64,000 nt of DNA from a bacterium (lineage in GTDB: Bacteria; UBA8248; JACPRG01; G963555815). The position numbers and the translations under genes are program-made. The notes beneath the pieces were generated by a model. That model had not been told where the DNA came from and searched no databases. It was given only the letters and a program-made list of their open reading frames with translations. Positions within the stretch are counted from its first letter, which is position 1. Each line of letters begins with the position of its first letter. The DNA is taken from assembly GCA_963555815.3 (NCBI GenBank), contig CAUVWX020000001.1:416001-480000 (forward strand), written 5' to 3'. Shown piece after piece: positions 46,807 to 56,236 of the stretch.

Positions 46807-48168
46807 TTGAACCGTCAAGACTTCCTTCGGGAACTCAGATACATCACCAAGGTCTATCTCTATCTGCCCATCACCTTTCTGCGGCGGGTCGCCCTGGGGC
46901 GGGACCCCTACTTTCGCCAATTCTTCTTCAATCGGTGGGGCTTTCTACCCCGGCCCCTCAAGGACCTTGCCCGGCGGAGGGACACGCTGTGGATCGAGGC
47001 CCTTTCCGGAGGGGAGAACACCCAGATCATCACCTTCCTCAAGCGTCTCCGGGGGCTCTACCCCCATCTGAACCTCGTCCTCTCCACCAATAACCGCTAC
47101 TCCTTCAACTTTTCGAAAAAGCGCCCGGAGCTCGACTTCGTCTTCGACAGCCCCTGGGACCTTCGGTCGGTTGTCCGCCGGACCCTTCGCCGCCTTCGAC
47201 CAAAGGCCCTCCTCTTCATCGAGAATATGAGCTATCCGGTCCTCGCGAGAGAGGCCCAGCGAAGGGGCGTCAAGACGGTCCTCCTCAGCGGTTTCATGAG
47301 CAAGCGCTTTGATGAGCACGAGATCATGGCGAGGTCCATCCCCCGTCGCTTTTACCGACACCTCGACCACATCGGCGTCAAGGGCCCGGAGGACGCCGAC
47401 GGGTATCGTCGGCTGGGGGCGGACCCGAAACGAATCCGCACCGTCGGAGAGATGAAATATGACCTAGAATACCTCCGGCTCTCGGAAGAGGCGAATCTCT
47501 CCCTTCGGCGAGATCTAGGGATTGAGAGGAGGGCGCCCGTCCTCGTGGCGGGGGGCGTTCGGGCGGGCGAGGACGACATCATCCTGGAGGCGTACCGCCG
47601 CCTCAAGTCGCACCACCCTGACTTCAGGCTCCTCCTGGCGCCGAGCCACTACAGCAACACCCTTCAGGTGAACGCGCTCTTCAGGTCCCATGGGTTCCCA
47701 TACCGCAAGCGGACAGAAGCAGCCTCCCAGGAGGACACCGTCATTCTCGTCGACACCTTTGGGGAGCTTGGGCACCTTTACGGGATCGGGAGCTTCAACT
47801 TCATCGGAGCCAGCATCATCCCCAAGGGGCGCCTGGCCTACGGCCACAACATCATCGAACCCCTGGCCCACGGCCAGCCCATCTTCTTCGGGCCCCACAT
47901 GAACCACTGGCGGGCGATCACGAAGGTCCTGCTGACCATCTACCCGGGGCTTGAAGTGAGGACGGGGGAGGAGCTGGCGCAGGGCATCTTGGGCCTGGTG
48001 GGGCGCCCGAACCTGATGGCCCGCTTGAAAGAGGCCGCTGAGGCCCTGGTGGAGAAGCATCGATCGGCAGTCGCACAAAACCTCGCTTTCGTCCAGGAGA
48101 TCTTGTCCCGCCAGGGCATCGAGGCCCGAAGGGGGCCGGCGGAGGCCCCGCTTGTAAGGGAGACCTAA
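46807..48168 (+). CDS. Kdo-transferase (WaaA/KdtA, GT30)-like protein, divergent
   Basis: LWIEALSGGE, PWD, GEMKYD, DTFGEL..LY, GHNIIEP, FGPHM. Confidence 0.8.
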   Translation: MNRQDFLRELRYITKVYLYLPITFLRRVALGRDPYFRQFFFNRWGFLPRPLKDLARRRDTLWIEALSGGENTQIITFLKRLRGLYPHLNLVLSTNNRYSFNFSKKRPELDFVFDSPWDLRSVVRRTLRRLRPKALLFIENMSYPVLAREAQRRGVKTVLLSGFMSKRFDEHEIMARSIPRRFYRHLDHIGVKGPEDADGYRRLGADPKRIRTVGEMKYDLEYLRLSEEANLSLRRDLGIERRAPVLVAGGVRAGEDDIILEAYRRLKSHHPDFRLLLAPSHYSNTLQVNALFRSHGFPYRKRTEAASQEDTVILVDTFGELGHLYGIGSFNFIGASIIPKGRLAYGHNIIEPLAHGQPIFFGPHMNHWRAITKVLLTIYPGLEVRTGEELAQGILGLVGRPNLMARLKEAAEALVEKHRSAVAQNLAFVQEILSRQGIEARRGPAEAPLVRET

Positions 48169-48172
48169 CATC

Positions 48173-50143
48173 GTGTGTGGGATCGCGGGGATCTTCCACC
48201 GGGAAGCGGAGCCGGTGGATCTCGGGGCGCTCGGCCGGATGAACGATTCCCTCTCTCACCGGGGACCGGACGGGGAGGGCTATGTCCTGTGGGAGCCGGG
48301 ACAGGAGCCCCGGTACTTCAGCCGTCTCCCTGAAGGCCCACCTTTCCCCCGCGGACGGCTGGCCCTGGCAAACCGCCGCCTCAGTATCATCGACCTCTCG
48401 GACCGGGGCCGTCAGCCCATGGCGAACGAAGACGGCTCCATCTGGGTCACCTTCAACGGGGAGATCTACAACTACCTGGAGCTCATGACGGAGCTCAAGG
48501 GACGGGGGCACCGCTTTCAGAGTTCCTGTGACACCGAGGTCATCCTCCACGCCTACGAGGAGTGGGGGGAGGACTGCCTTGCCCGGTTCAACGGGATGTG
48601 GGCCTTTGCCCTCTGGGACGGTCGACAAAAAGCCCTTTTCTGCGCCCGGGACCGCTTCGGCATCAAGCCCTTCTACTACTTTGATGACGGAAGACATTTC
48701 ATCTTCGCCTCTGAGATCAAGGCCCTCCTCCTTCATCCGGCGATCCAAAGGCGTCCCAATGACCAGACCATCTTCCTCTACCTCTGCACCGGTTCAGGCT
48801 TGATGGATTTCACGCCCGAAACCTTTTTTGAGGGCATCCACCAGATCCCGCCCGCCCACTACCTTCGCCTCAAAGAAGGAAACACGTCGCTTCACCGATA
48901 CTGGGATTTAGATGAGAATCAGGGCCCCCTCCCCAGCGGGGACGAGGAGGCGACAGCGGGTTTTCTGGATCTCCTCACCAACGCCGTTCGCCTCAGGCTT
49001 CGAAGCGATGTTCCCGTCGGCGTCTGTCTCAGCGGTGGGCTTGACTCCTCCTCCCTTACCTGCCTTGCCCGCCAGATCCTCGGGACAAATACGCTTCGCA
49101 CCTTCTCCTCCTGCTTCGATGATCCCCGTTACGACGAGCGGGAGTTCATCGAGCCGGTGGTCCGCCACACCGGGGCCCAAAGCCACTACACCTTCCCCAA
49201 GGTGGGGGAGCTTTTTGACCTCCTTCCGACCCTCATCTGGTTTCAGGATGAGCCCTTCCACAACCTGAACCAGTTCGCCCAGTGGTATGTCATGCGGACC
49301 GCCCGAGAGAACGGGGTCAAGGTGGTCCTGAGCGGGCACGGGGGAGACGAGATTCTAAACGGCTATCCTCAGGACTTTATCTATCTCTTCGCCGACCTCC
49401 TGAGGGGTGGACACCTGCTCAGCATGGGGCGGGAGCTCTCGGCCTATCGGACCCTTCACGGCCGCTCTCGACTCTCGGCCCTCCTTCAGGCGCTAAAAAT
49501 CCTGGCGAGCCTTCACGGCCCTCCTTCTCTGAAGAGGGCCTTTCGGACGGCCCTGGGCAATCATTCCCACCACGTCCTCGAGCCCGAATTTCTGCGGCGC
49601 ACGGGCCAAAGGCCCGAACTCGGCCTCCAGGGAGGGTCCTGCCTTCGGACGGCCACCTACATGGGCCTTCGGATCTATCCCGTCCCCGGATGGCTCCATT
49701 TTGAAGATCGAAACAGCATGGCCTTCTCCGTGGAGTCCCGTATTCCCCTGTTGGATCATCGGTTGGTGGAGTACACCTATAGGCTCCCGGGGGATCAGAA
49801 GATCCGGGACGGGCTCACCAAGTTTGTTCTCCGAAACGCACTGAAGGGAATCCTGCCCGAGGTTATACGAAACCGAACCGACAAGAAGGGATTCCTCGCC
49901 CCAACGGACCTCTGGATGAAGGAAGAGATGCAGGAAAGGGTCCGGACTCTCTTCTCCTCGGAGCAGTTTCGCGCTCGGGGCTACCTCAAGCCCGAGGCCG
50001 TCCTGGCAGAGTTCGACCGCCACTGCCGGGGAGAGAAGAACCTTCGCCTCACCCTATGGAGCTGGGTCAATCTGGAGCTCTGGTTCCGTCAGATGATCGA
50101 CTCTCCTCTCAAGCCGCCGGCCGCAGCCGCCCACCTTCCTTGA
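48173..50143 (+). CDS. asnB: Asparagine synthase (glutamine-hydrolysing) family amidotransferase, probably glycan-acting
   Basis: MCGIAG, HRGPD, RRLSIIDLS, NGEIYN, RDRFGIKP, SGGLDSS, DRNSMAFSVE.R. Confidence 0.92.
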   Translation: MCGIAGIFHREAEPVDLGALGRMNDSLSHRGPDGEGYVLWEPGQEPRYFSRLPEGPPFPRGRLALANRRLSIIDLSDRGRQPMANEDGSIWVTFNGEIYNYLELMTELKGRGHRFQSSCDTEVILHAYEEWGEDCLARFNGMWAFALWDGRQKALFCARDRFGIKPFYYFDDGRHFIFASEIKALLLHPAIQRRPNDQTIFLYLCTGSGLMDFTPETFFEGIHQIPPAHYLRLKEGNTSLHRYWDLDENQGPLPSGDEEATAGFLDLLTNAVRLRLRSDVPVGVCLSGGLDSSSLTCLARQILGTNTLRTFSSCFDDPRYDEREFIEPVVRHTGAQSHYTFPKVGELFDLLPTLIWFQDEPFHNLNQFAQWYVMRTARENGVKVVLSGHGGDEILNGYPQDFIYLFADLLRGGHLLSMGRELSAYRTLHGRSRLSALLQALKILASLHGPPSLKRAFRTALGNHSHHVLEPEFLRRTGQRPELGLQGGSCLRTATYMGLRIYPVPGWLHFEDRNSMAFSVESRIPLLDHRLVEYTYRLPGDQKIRDGLTKFVLRNALKGILPEVIRNRTDKKGFLAPTDLWMKEEMQERVRTLFSSEQFRARGYLKPEAVLAEFDRHCRGEKNLRLTLWSWVNLELWFRQMIDSPLKPPAAAAHLP

Positions 50144-50183
50144 GCCCACTCTGGACAACCCTCTCCCTCGGAGGCGAAGGGGC

Positions 50184-51377
50184 GTGAACCTTCCCACTTG
50201 GGATCAAAAGATCTCGGTCCTCCACGTCATCGAGTCCCTCGCTCGCGGGGGGGCTGAACGGCGTCTTGTCAACGACCTCACGTATCTTGCCGAGGAAGGG
50301 GTGGAGAACCACGTGGCCTTTGTCCTGCCGGCTGAAGATCTACGAGCTGAGATCGAGTCCCTCGGGGTTCCAGTCTATCCCCTCGGCCTTCGGGGGAGAC
50401 AACATCTTCCGGCAGCCCTCCTTCGTCTGAGAAGGCTGGTGAGAAGAACCCAGCCCCACATCCTCCACACCCAGCTCTTCTTCGCCGACCTCCTGGGCCG
50501 TCTCGCCGCAAAAAGGTTTTTATCCCCTCGACAGACCCAATTGCCTCGTGTCGTCTCGACAGCCCAGAACACCATGTATGAGCCCGACTGGCGGCCCTAC
50601 TCTAACTCCCCAAAACGCCTCTGGCTCGACCGTTTGACGGCCCGCCGGTGTGTGGATCACTGTGTCGCGGTCTCTGAACACGCGAAGCGTTCGACCATCC
50701 GCTGGATGGGCTATCGGCCCGAGGATGTCACCGTCATCTACAACACGGTGGACCCCGGCCGCTTTGTCCCCATGACCCAAGAGGAGCGAAACACCCTTCG
50801 AGGGGAGCTGGGTCTCTCGCCTGAGGACTTTGTCCTCTTTGGGGCTGGCCGCCTGGTGCCCGAAAAGGGTTTTCAGGTGATGTTTCGCGCCTTAGCCAAG
50901 TTTTCGTCTCAAAGGCCCGGGATACGATTTATCCTTGCCGGCGGAGGCCCAGGAGAAGGTGATCTGAAGGCCCTCCATCGCGATCTCGGCCTCGGCGACC
51001 GGGTCCGGTTCCTGGGAGTCCGCACGGACCTTCACCGAATTCTTCAAGCGGGAGATTTATTTCTATTTTCTTCCCTTTGCTGCGAGGGTCTCCCCGTCGC
51101 CCCTCTGGAGGCCATGGCCCTTGGGGTCCCCTGTCTTGCGAGCCATGTGGAGCCCATTGGGGAGATCATCGAGGAGGGACGGACGGGGTATCTCTTCGCC
51201 CCAGGGGACGCAGAGGACCTCGGCCGGACCCTCACCCGCCTCGCCTCCCAGCGGGATGAGCAGTCAAAGGTGGCCCGTGCCGCCCGGGAGTCGATCCTCG
51301 CGCGCTTTGACGCCCGGCAAGGGGCTAAAAAGCTGGCCGCCTGCTACCGTTCTCTCCTGGAAGGGCGTCCTGCTTGA
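50184..51377 (+). CDS. GT4 glycosyltransferase
   Basis: GGAE, EKG, EGLP...LEAMALG. Confidence 0.88.
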   Translation: MNLPTWDQKISVLHVIESLARGGAERRLVNDLTYLAEEGVENHVAFVLPAEDLRAEIESLGVPVYPLGLRGRQHLPAALLRLRRLVRRTQPHILHTQLFFADLLGRLAAKRFLSPRQTQLPRVVSTAQNTMYEPDWRPYSNSPKRLWLDRLTARRCVDHCVAVSEHAKRSTIRWMGYRPEDVTVIYNTVDPGRFVPMTQEERNTLRGELGLSPEDFVLFGAGRLVPEKGFQVMFRALAKFSSQRPGIRFILAGGGPGEGDLKALHRDLGLGDRVRFLGVRTDLHRILQAGDLFLFSSLCCEGLPVAPLEAMALGVPCLASHVEPIGEIIEEGRTGYLFAPGDAEDLGRTLTRLASQRDEQSKVARAARESILARFDARQGAKKLAACYRSLLEGRPA

Positions 51378-51487
51378 CTCGAGCCGATCCTTTCTATATG
51401 AGGGAGTGACTCGTTTGGTCTTCTTCACCGGATTAAGGCGAATCTCTTAGAGTTCCCTATTTAGTCTCTTTCGGGTTTTGCGAGGAC

Positions 51488-52171
51488 ATGAAACTCTCCA
51501 TCGTGATGCCGGTTTTCAACGAAAGGGCAACGCTGGAGGAGATCATCCAGCGCGTGAAGGCCCTGGAGATAGACAAGGAGATCATCGTCGTGGACGATGG
51601 CTCGACCGACGGCAGCCGCGAGTGGCTCCAGGCCCACGAGGGGGACGAGTTTCGCGCGATTTACCATGAGTCTAATCGTGGAAAAGGCGCGGCCTTTCGG
51701 ACGGGGCTTCAGCACGTGACTGGCGACATGGTGATCCCCCAGGACGCGGACCTCGAGTATGACCCGCAGGACATTCTTCGCCTGATCGAACCTATCCGCC
51801 GCGGAGTGGCTGACGCCGTGTACGGCACAAGGCTCGTCGGGGGTGCCCCTCAGAGGGCCCTCTTCTTCTGGCATCGGCTGGGAAACAAACTCCTGACCTT
51901 TGTCACTAACATCCTTTACAATACCACGCTGACTGACATGGAGACGTGCTATAAGCTCATACGAGCTGATCTTCTTCTCTCCATTCCCCTTCACTCAAAG
52001 GGTTTTTCCATTGAGCCCGAGATCACGGCCAAGATCCTCAAGCGCAAGGCTCGAGTCTATGAGGTTCCTATCTCCTACTATGGCCGAACCTACGCCGAGG
52101 GCAAAAAGATCACCTGGCGCCACGGGCTAAGTGCTGTCTGGACCCTTTTAAAACATCGCTTCGTGGACTAA
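51488..52171 (+). CDS. GT2 polyprenol-phosphate glycosyltransferase (DPM1/ArnC-like)
   Basis: VDDGSTDGS, NRGKGAA, QDADLEYDP, TDMETCYK. Confidence 0.9.
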   Translation: MKLSIVMPVFNERATLEEIIQRVKALEIDKEIIVVDDGSTDGSREWLQAHEGDEFRAIYHESNRGKGAAFRTGLQHVTGDMVIPQDADLEYDPQDILRLIEPIRRGVADAVYGTRLVGGAPQRALFFWHRLGNKLLTFVTNILYNTTLTDMETCYKLIRADLLLSIPLHSKGFSIEPEITAKILKRKARVYEVPISYYGRTYAEGKKITWRHGLSAVWTLLKHRFVD

Positions 52172-52185
52172 ATTTTTCAGCGAGG

Positions 52186-53553
52186 ATGAACCCCTTCCCT
52201 CCCGAAACCAAGCACACTCTTCCTGTTCGCCCTGAGGGGCCCGCCTGGCTCCCTCTCCCCTACCATGACCCCCGCCGCCTGGGGCGCGACCTCTTCTTCA
52301 TCGCCCTTTTAGTGAGACTCCTCTATCTTCTTCCAACGGCCCTCCGGATGGTGCGAGGAGAGGAGGTCCACCTGGGCGGGGACTTTGGGTTCTTCATTGC
52401 TCTCGCCCAGGGGATCTCATCGGGCATAGGAATGGTGCTGGATGGGCGCCCGACGGCGGAGTACCCTCCCCTCTATCCCATTTTTGTGTCCGGGGTCTAT
52501 TGGCTGACGGGCCCCCGACCCTTGGCTCTTCTTTCGGTCCAAGCCCTCCTCGGCGCCCTGATGTGTCCCCTTGTCGCCTCAATGGGGAGGAAACTTGCAG
52601 GTCCGGGGGCCGCCGTCCTGGCCGGTCTCCTCTACGCCCTCTATCCTCCCTTCCTTCAGGCCGAGCATCTCATCATGACGGAGGCCCTCTTCACCTTCTG
52701 GGTTATTCTCACCCTCTACGCCCTCATTCTCCTCACCCGTTCCCCGGGGCCTGCCGCAATGGCCCTACTCGGGGCCGCCTCGGCACTGGGGGCTCTGACA
52801 AAACCCTCCCTCGCCCTTTTCCCAATCGCCGTCCTTCTTGGCCTTGTCGCTGCGGAAGGCCGGAAATTCCTGCGGATGGCCGGACGAACGGTCGTCTTTG
52901 CGGTGGTGTTTATCGCTCTTCTGACGCCGTGGGCCATCAGAAATTACAGGGCCTTTGGGGAATTCATCCCCCTTGGGACTGAGGCGGGGGCTGTCTTTTA
53001 CGATGGGCTCGCCCTCCGGGAAGGCTGGAAGATCGGCTTTCGCCGTTCGAACGAAGTGACAGCCCGGGCCGCCGAGATCACCTCGGAACCCGAGCGCAGC
53101 CGCTTCCTCTTTCGGGCGGGATTGGCTGAAGTGAGGGAAAATCCAGGAATCATCCCTTCCCTTCTTCTCTTCAAAACCCTTTTCTTCTTCAGCCCCTTCG
53201 ACTGGGAGATCTTTCAGGGCGGGACGTATAGCTTTGCCTTTGCCTTTCTGATACCCTACGCCGTCTTCGGCCTCATGGCAGGCCGCGGCCAGGGGGCTCC
53301 GAGGTGGCCCGTCTGGGGCCTCGTGATCTATTTTTTCCTCTTGGGCCTCGTCTTCATCGGCACCCCGCGGCTGAGGCTCCCCGCCGAGGTGGGGGTGGTG
53401 CTCCTGGGGGCTATCGGGCTCTCAGAGTCTTTTTCAAGGGGCGGGGGAAAGGCCGCCGTCCTGGCCGGTGGATGGCTTCTGTTCAACCTTCTCATCTTCT
53501 TCACGTCGGACCTGTTGAGGGCGGGGCTTCGCGGACTATTGATCCCGAATTGA
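52186..53553 (+). CDS. GT-C membrane glycosyltransferase (ArnT/PMT-like)
   Basis: Multi-TM; PTA.YPPLYP, MTE.LF, LTKP, PW.IRNY. Confidence 0.75.
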   Translation: MNPFPPETKHTLPVRPEGPAWLPLPYHDPRRLGRDLFFIALLVRLLYLLPTALRMVRGEEVHLGGDFGFFIALAQGISSGIGMVLDGRPTAEYPPLYPIFVSGVYWLTGPRPLALLSVQALLGALMCPLVASMGRKLAGPGAAVLAGLLYALYPPFLQAEHLIMTEALFTFWVILTLYALILLTRSPGPAAMALLGAASALGALTKPSLALFPIAVLLGLVAAEGRKFLRMAGRTVVFAVVFIALLTPWAIRNYRAFGEFIPLGTEAGAVFYDGLALREGWKIGFRRSNEVTARAAEITSEPERSRFLFRAGLAEVRENPGIIPSLLLFKTLFFFSPFDWEIFQGGTYSFAFAFLIPYAVFGLMAGRGQGAPRWPVWGLVIYFFLLGLVFIGTPRLRLPAEVGVVLLGAIGLSESFSRGGGKAAVLAGGWLLFNLLIFFTSDLLRAGLRGLLIPN

Positions 53554-53688
53554 GCTAAATCCTCCTATCCCTTATAGTGAGCCCCCAAGAAGGGCAGAAG
53601 GTGGCTTTTTTAGAGGAACGTCCCGTGGGGAGATCATCGGAAATCGGGAAGTCTGGGGATTTGACGTAGGAGGCGGTGAAACCAGGCA

Positions 53689-54678
53689 ATGAACTGGAAG
53701 AAGAAGCGAGTCTTGGTGACGGGGGCTGGGGGCTTCATCGGGAGTCACCTGGTAGAACGGCTCCTGGAGGAGGGGGCCTGGGTTCGGGGCTTCGTCCGTT
53801 ATAACTCTAGAAGCGATGAGGGCTTTTTAACGGGACTTGCCCGCTCTCACGCCAATCGCTTGGAGATCTTGTCCGGAGATCTCTGTACCCAGGAGACGGT
53901 CCGCGAGGCCCTTCGCGGGGTGACGGTAGTCCTCCATCTGGCGGCGCTGGTCGGGATCCCCTACTCCTATCTTCACCCCGCCGAGGTGGTGGAGACGAAC
54001 GTCGTCGGGACGCTGAACGTCCTTCTGGCCGCCCGCGACGAGGGGGTCGAGAAGCTGGTCCACACCTCAAGCAGCGAGGTCTATGGATCGGCCCGCCAGG
54101 TTCCCATCGCGGAGGATCACCCCCTTCAGCCCCAATCTCCTTACTCGGCGACCAAGATCGGTGCGGACGCCCTCGCCCTTAGCTTTCATTACACCTACGA
54201 CCTGCCGGTGGCCGTCATTCGGCCGTTCAATGCTTACGGCCCTCGCCAGTCGGCCCGAGCCGTCATCCCCGCCATCATCGTGCAGGCCCTGTCCCGAGAC
54301 ACCGTCTGCCTCGGGGCCACCCACCCGACCCGGGATTTCACTTACGTCAGAGACACGGCTGAGGCGTTTTTGGCTGTCGCCGCCTCGGACCGCTCCACCG
54401 GCGAGGTCATCCAAGTCGGCACCGGGTTGGAAATCTCCATCGGGGACATCGCCCAGGAGATCATCCAGCTCGTCGGGCGTCCTGTCCGGCTGGAGACCAA
54501 GACCGAGCGAGTGAGGCCGACTAGGAGCGAGGTGACTCGCCTCGTGGCCACAAACCAGAAGGCCCGAGACCTCTTGGGGTGGACCCCCAAGGTCCCTCTT
54601 CAGGAAGGGCTTCGGCAGACGATCGATTACATTCGGGATCACCTAGAGGACTACGAGCCCGATCGCTACACCGTCTGA
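53689..54678 (+). CDS. NDP-sugar 4,6-dehydratase, LegB-like SDR
   Basis: VTGAGGFIGSHL, LAAL.GIPYSY, SSEVYG, QSPYSATK, RPFN.YGPRQSARAVIP. Confidence 0.85.
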   Translation: MNWKKKRVLVTGAGGFIGSHLVERLLEEGAWVRGFVRYNSRSDEGFLTGLARSHANRLEILSGDLCTQETVREALRGVTVVLHLAALVGIPYSYLHPAEVVETNVVGTLNVLLAARDEGVEKLVHTSSSEVYGSARQVPIAEDHPLQPQSPYSATKIGADALALSFHYTYDLPVAVIRPFNAYGPRQSARAVIPAIIVQALSRDTVCLGATHPTRDFTYVRDTAEAFLAVAASDRSTGEVIQVGTGLEISIGDIAQEIIQLVGRPVRLETKTERVRPTRSEVTRLVATNQKARDLLGWTPKVPLQEGLRQTIDYIRDHLEDYEPDRYTV

Positions 54679-54834
54679 GCCTCTGACCACTTTCCGCCCT
54701 GAATCCCATTGAAAAGAGGCTAAGCCTTTCTTTAGAGTAGAATATGAGGAGAGACTTACGAAAACCATACTCTGCTTTTCAAGTTGGGCTGAAGAAGGAC
54801 GGTGCCTTGCGAGCGAGGGTCTGAGAGGTCTTTG

Positions 54835-55530
54835 ATGCGGGCAGTCATCCTGGCGGGAGGCCTTGGGACGAGACTTCGGCCCCTGACCTTCTCCATCCCA
54901 AAACCGCTTCTGCCGGTTGGGGAAAAACCCATCCTTGAGCTCATCCTCCATCGTCTGAAATCCTTTGGGTTTCGTGACTTCATCTTCTCTATCGGCTACA
55001 AGGGTGAGCTGATTGAGACCTATTTTCAGAGCGGAGAGAAGTTCGGCGTCCAGGTCCAATACGTCCGAGAAAAGGAGCCCAGCGGGACGGCCGGCCCTCT
55101 CGCCCAGGTGGCCCGCCAATTTCCCTTCTCCTCAGGGGAGTCCTTCCTGTTGATGAACGGTGACATCCTGACGGAGCTCGATTTCCGCCGTTTCATGGAA
55201 TTTCACAAGAGCAACGGTTTTGATATGACGGTTGGCGTCAAGGAGATCGAGCGGAATCTCCCCTTTGGGGTTCTTCAGATTTCCAACGGGCGAGTCCTTG
55301 GAATTGACGAGAAGCCGGTAACCCGCTATCCCATCTCAGCGGGGATCTATCTCCTTCGCGAGAGCGTCCTCTCGGCCATTCCCGCCGACACCTTCTTCAC
55401 CATCCCTGACCTCGTCAGCCGCCTGGTGGCCGAATCCCGCTCCGTCGGGAGCTATCTTATCGAGGAATACTGGCTGGCCCTGGAACATCAGGATGACATG
55501 GAGGCGGCCCGTTCCCACATCCAGGAGTAG
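54835..55530 (+). CDS. Sugar-phosphate nucleotidyltransferase
   Basis: AVILAGGLGTRLRPLT...PKPL, GTAG, NGDILT, EKP. Confidence 0.9.
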   Translation: MRAVILAGGLGTRLRPLTFSIPKPLLPVGEKPILELILHRLKSFGFRDFIFSIGYKGELIETYFQSGEKFGVQVQYVREKEPSGTAGPLAQVARQFPFSSGESFLLMNGDILTELDFRRFMEFHKSNGFDMTVGVKEIERNLPFGVLQISNGRVLGIDEKPVTRYPISAGIYLLRESVLSAIPADTFFTIPDLVSRLVAESRSVGSYLIEEYWLALEHQDDMEAARSHIQE

Positions 55531-55532
55531 CC

Positions 55533-56231
55533 ATGAACCATCCCTATCAGCGGCTCTCCATCATCATCCCCGCCTTCAACGAGCGGACGACCATCGCTGA
55601 GGTCCTGAAGCGGGTCTGCGCGGTCGACGTGGGCCTGGAGAAAGAGATCATCGTCCTGGACGGATGTTCTAACGACGGGACCCGGGAGCTCCTCCAGGAG
55701 ATAGCGACTCCTCCCATCCGCCTCATCCTGGAGGAGAAGCGGATGGGAAAGGGGGCGGCCGTTCGGCGTGGATTTGAGGAGGCCACAGGCGACATCCTCC
55801 TCATCCAGGATGCGGATCTGGAACTCCACCCCAGGGAGTTTCCCGCCCTCATCGCCCCTATCCTGCAGGGGGAAGCCCAGGTGGTTTTTGGCTCTCGTTT
55901 CTCCAAAGGCAGGGGCGATACCAATCGGGGGAGCTATCTCGGCAATTGGATCGTCACGTGGGCGACGAACCTCCTTTTCGGGACATGGCTCACGGACATG
56001 TGCACAGGCCATAAAGTCTTCCAGGCGGACTTCATCCGCTCTGTTCCCCTCGTCTGCAACGGCTTTGACTTCGACGCCGAACTCACGACCAAGACCCTCC
56101 GGCGAGGACTGAAAATCCGGGAAATCCCTGTCGCCTACGCGCCTCGAGGCCGGCAAGCTGGAAAGAAGTTGCGCTGGTCGGCCGGCTTTCGAGTCTTATT
56201 CACCATCCTGAGATATCGCTTTCTGGATTAG
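55533..56231 (+). CDS. GT2 polyprenol-phosphate glycosyltransferase (DPM1/ArnC-like)
   Basis: IPAFNE, GKGAAVR, QDADLE, FGSRF, TDM.T..K. Confidence 0.88.
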   Translation: MNHPYQRLSIIIPAFNERTTIAEVLKRVCAVDVGLEKEIIVLDGCSNDGTRELLQEIATPPIRLILEEKRMGKGAAVRRGFEEATGDILLIQDADLELHPREFPALIAPILQGEAQVVFGSRFSKGRGDTNRGSYLGNWIVTWATNLLFGTWLTDMCTGHKVFQADFIRSVPLVCNGFDFDAELTTKTLRRGLKIREIPVAYAPRGRQAGKKLRWSAGFRVLFTILRYRFLD

Positions 56232-56236
56232 AGGAT

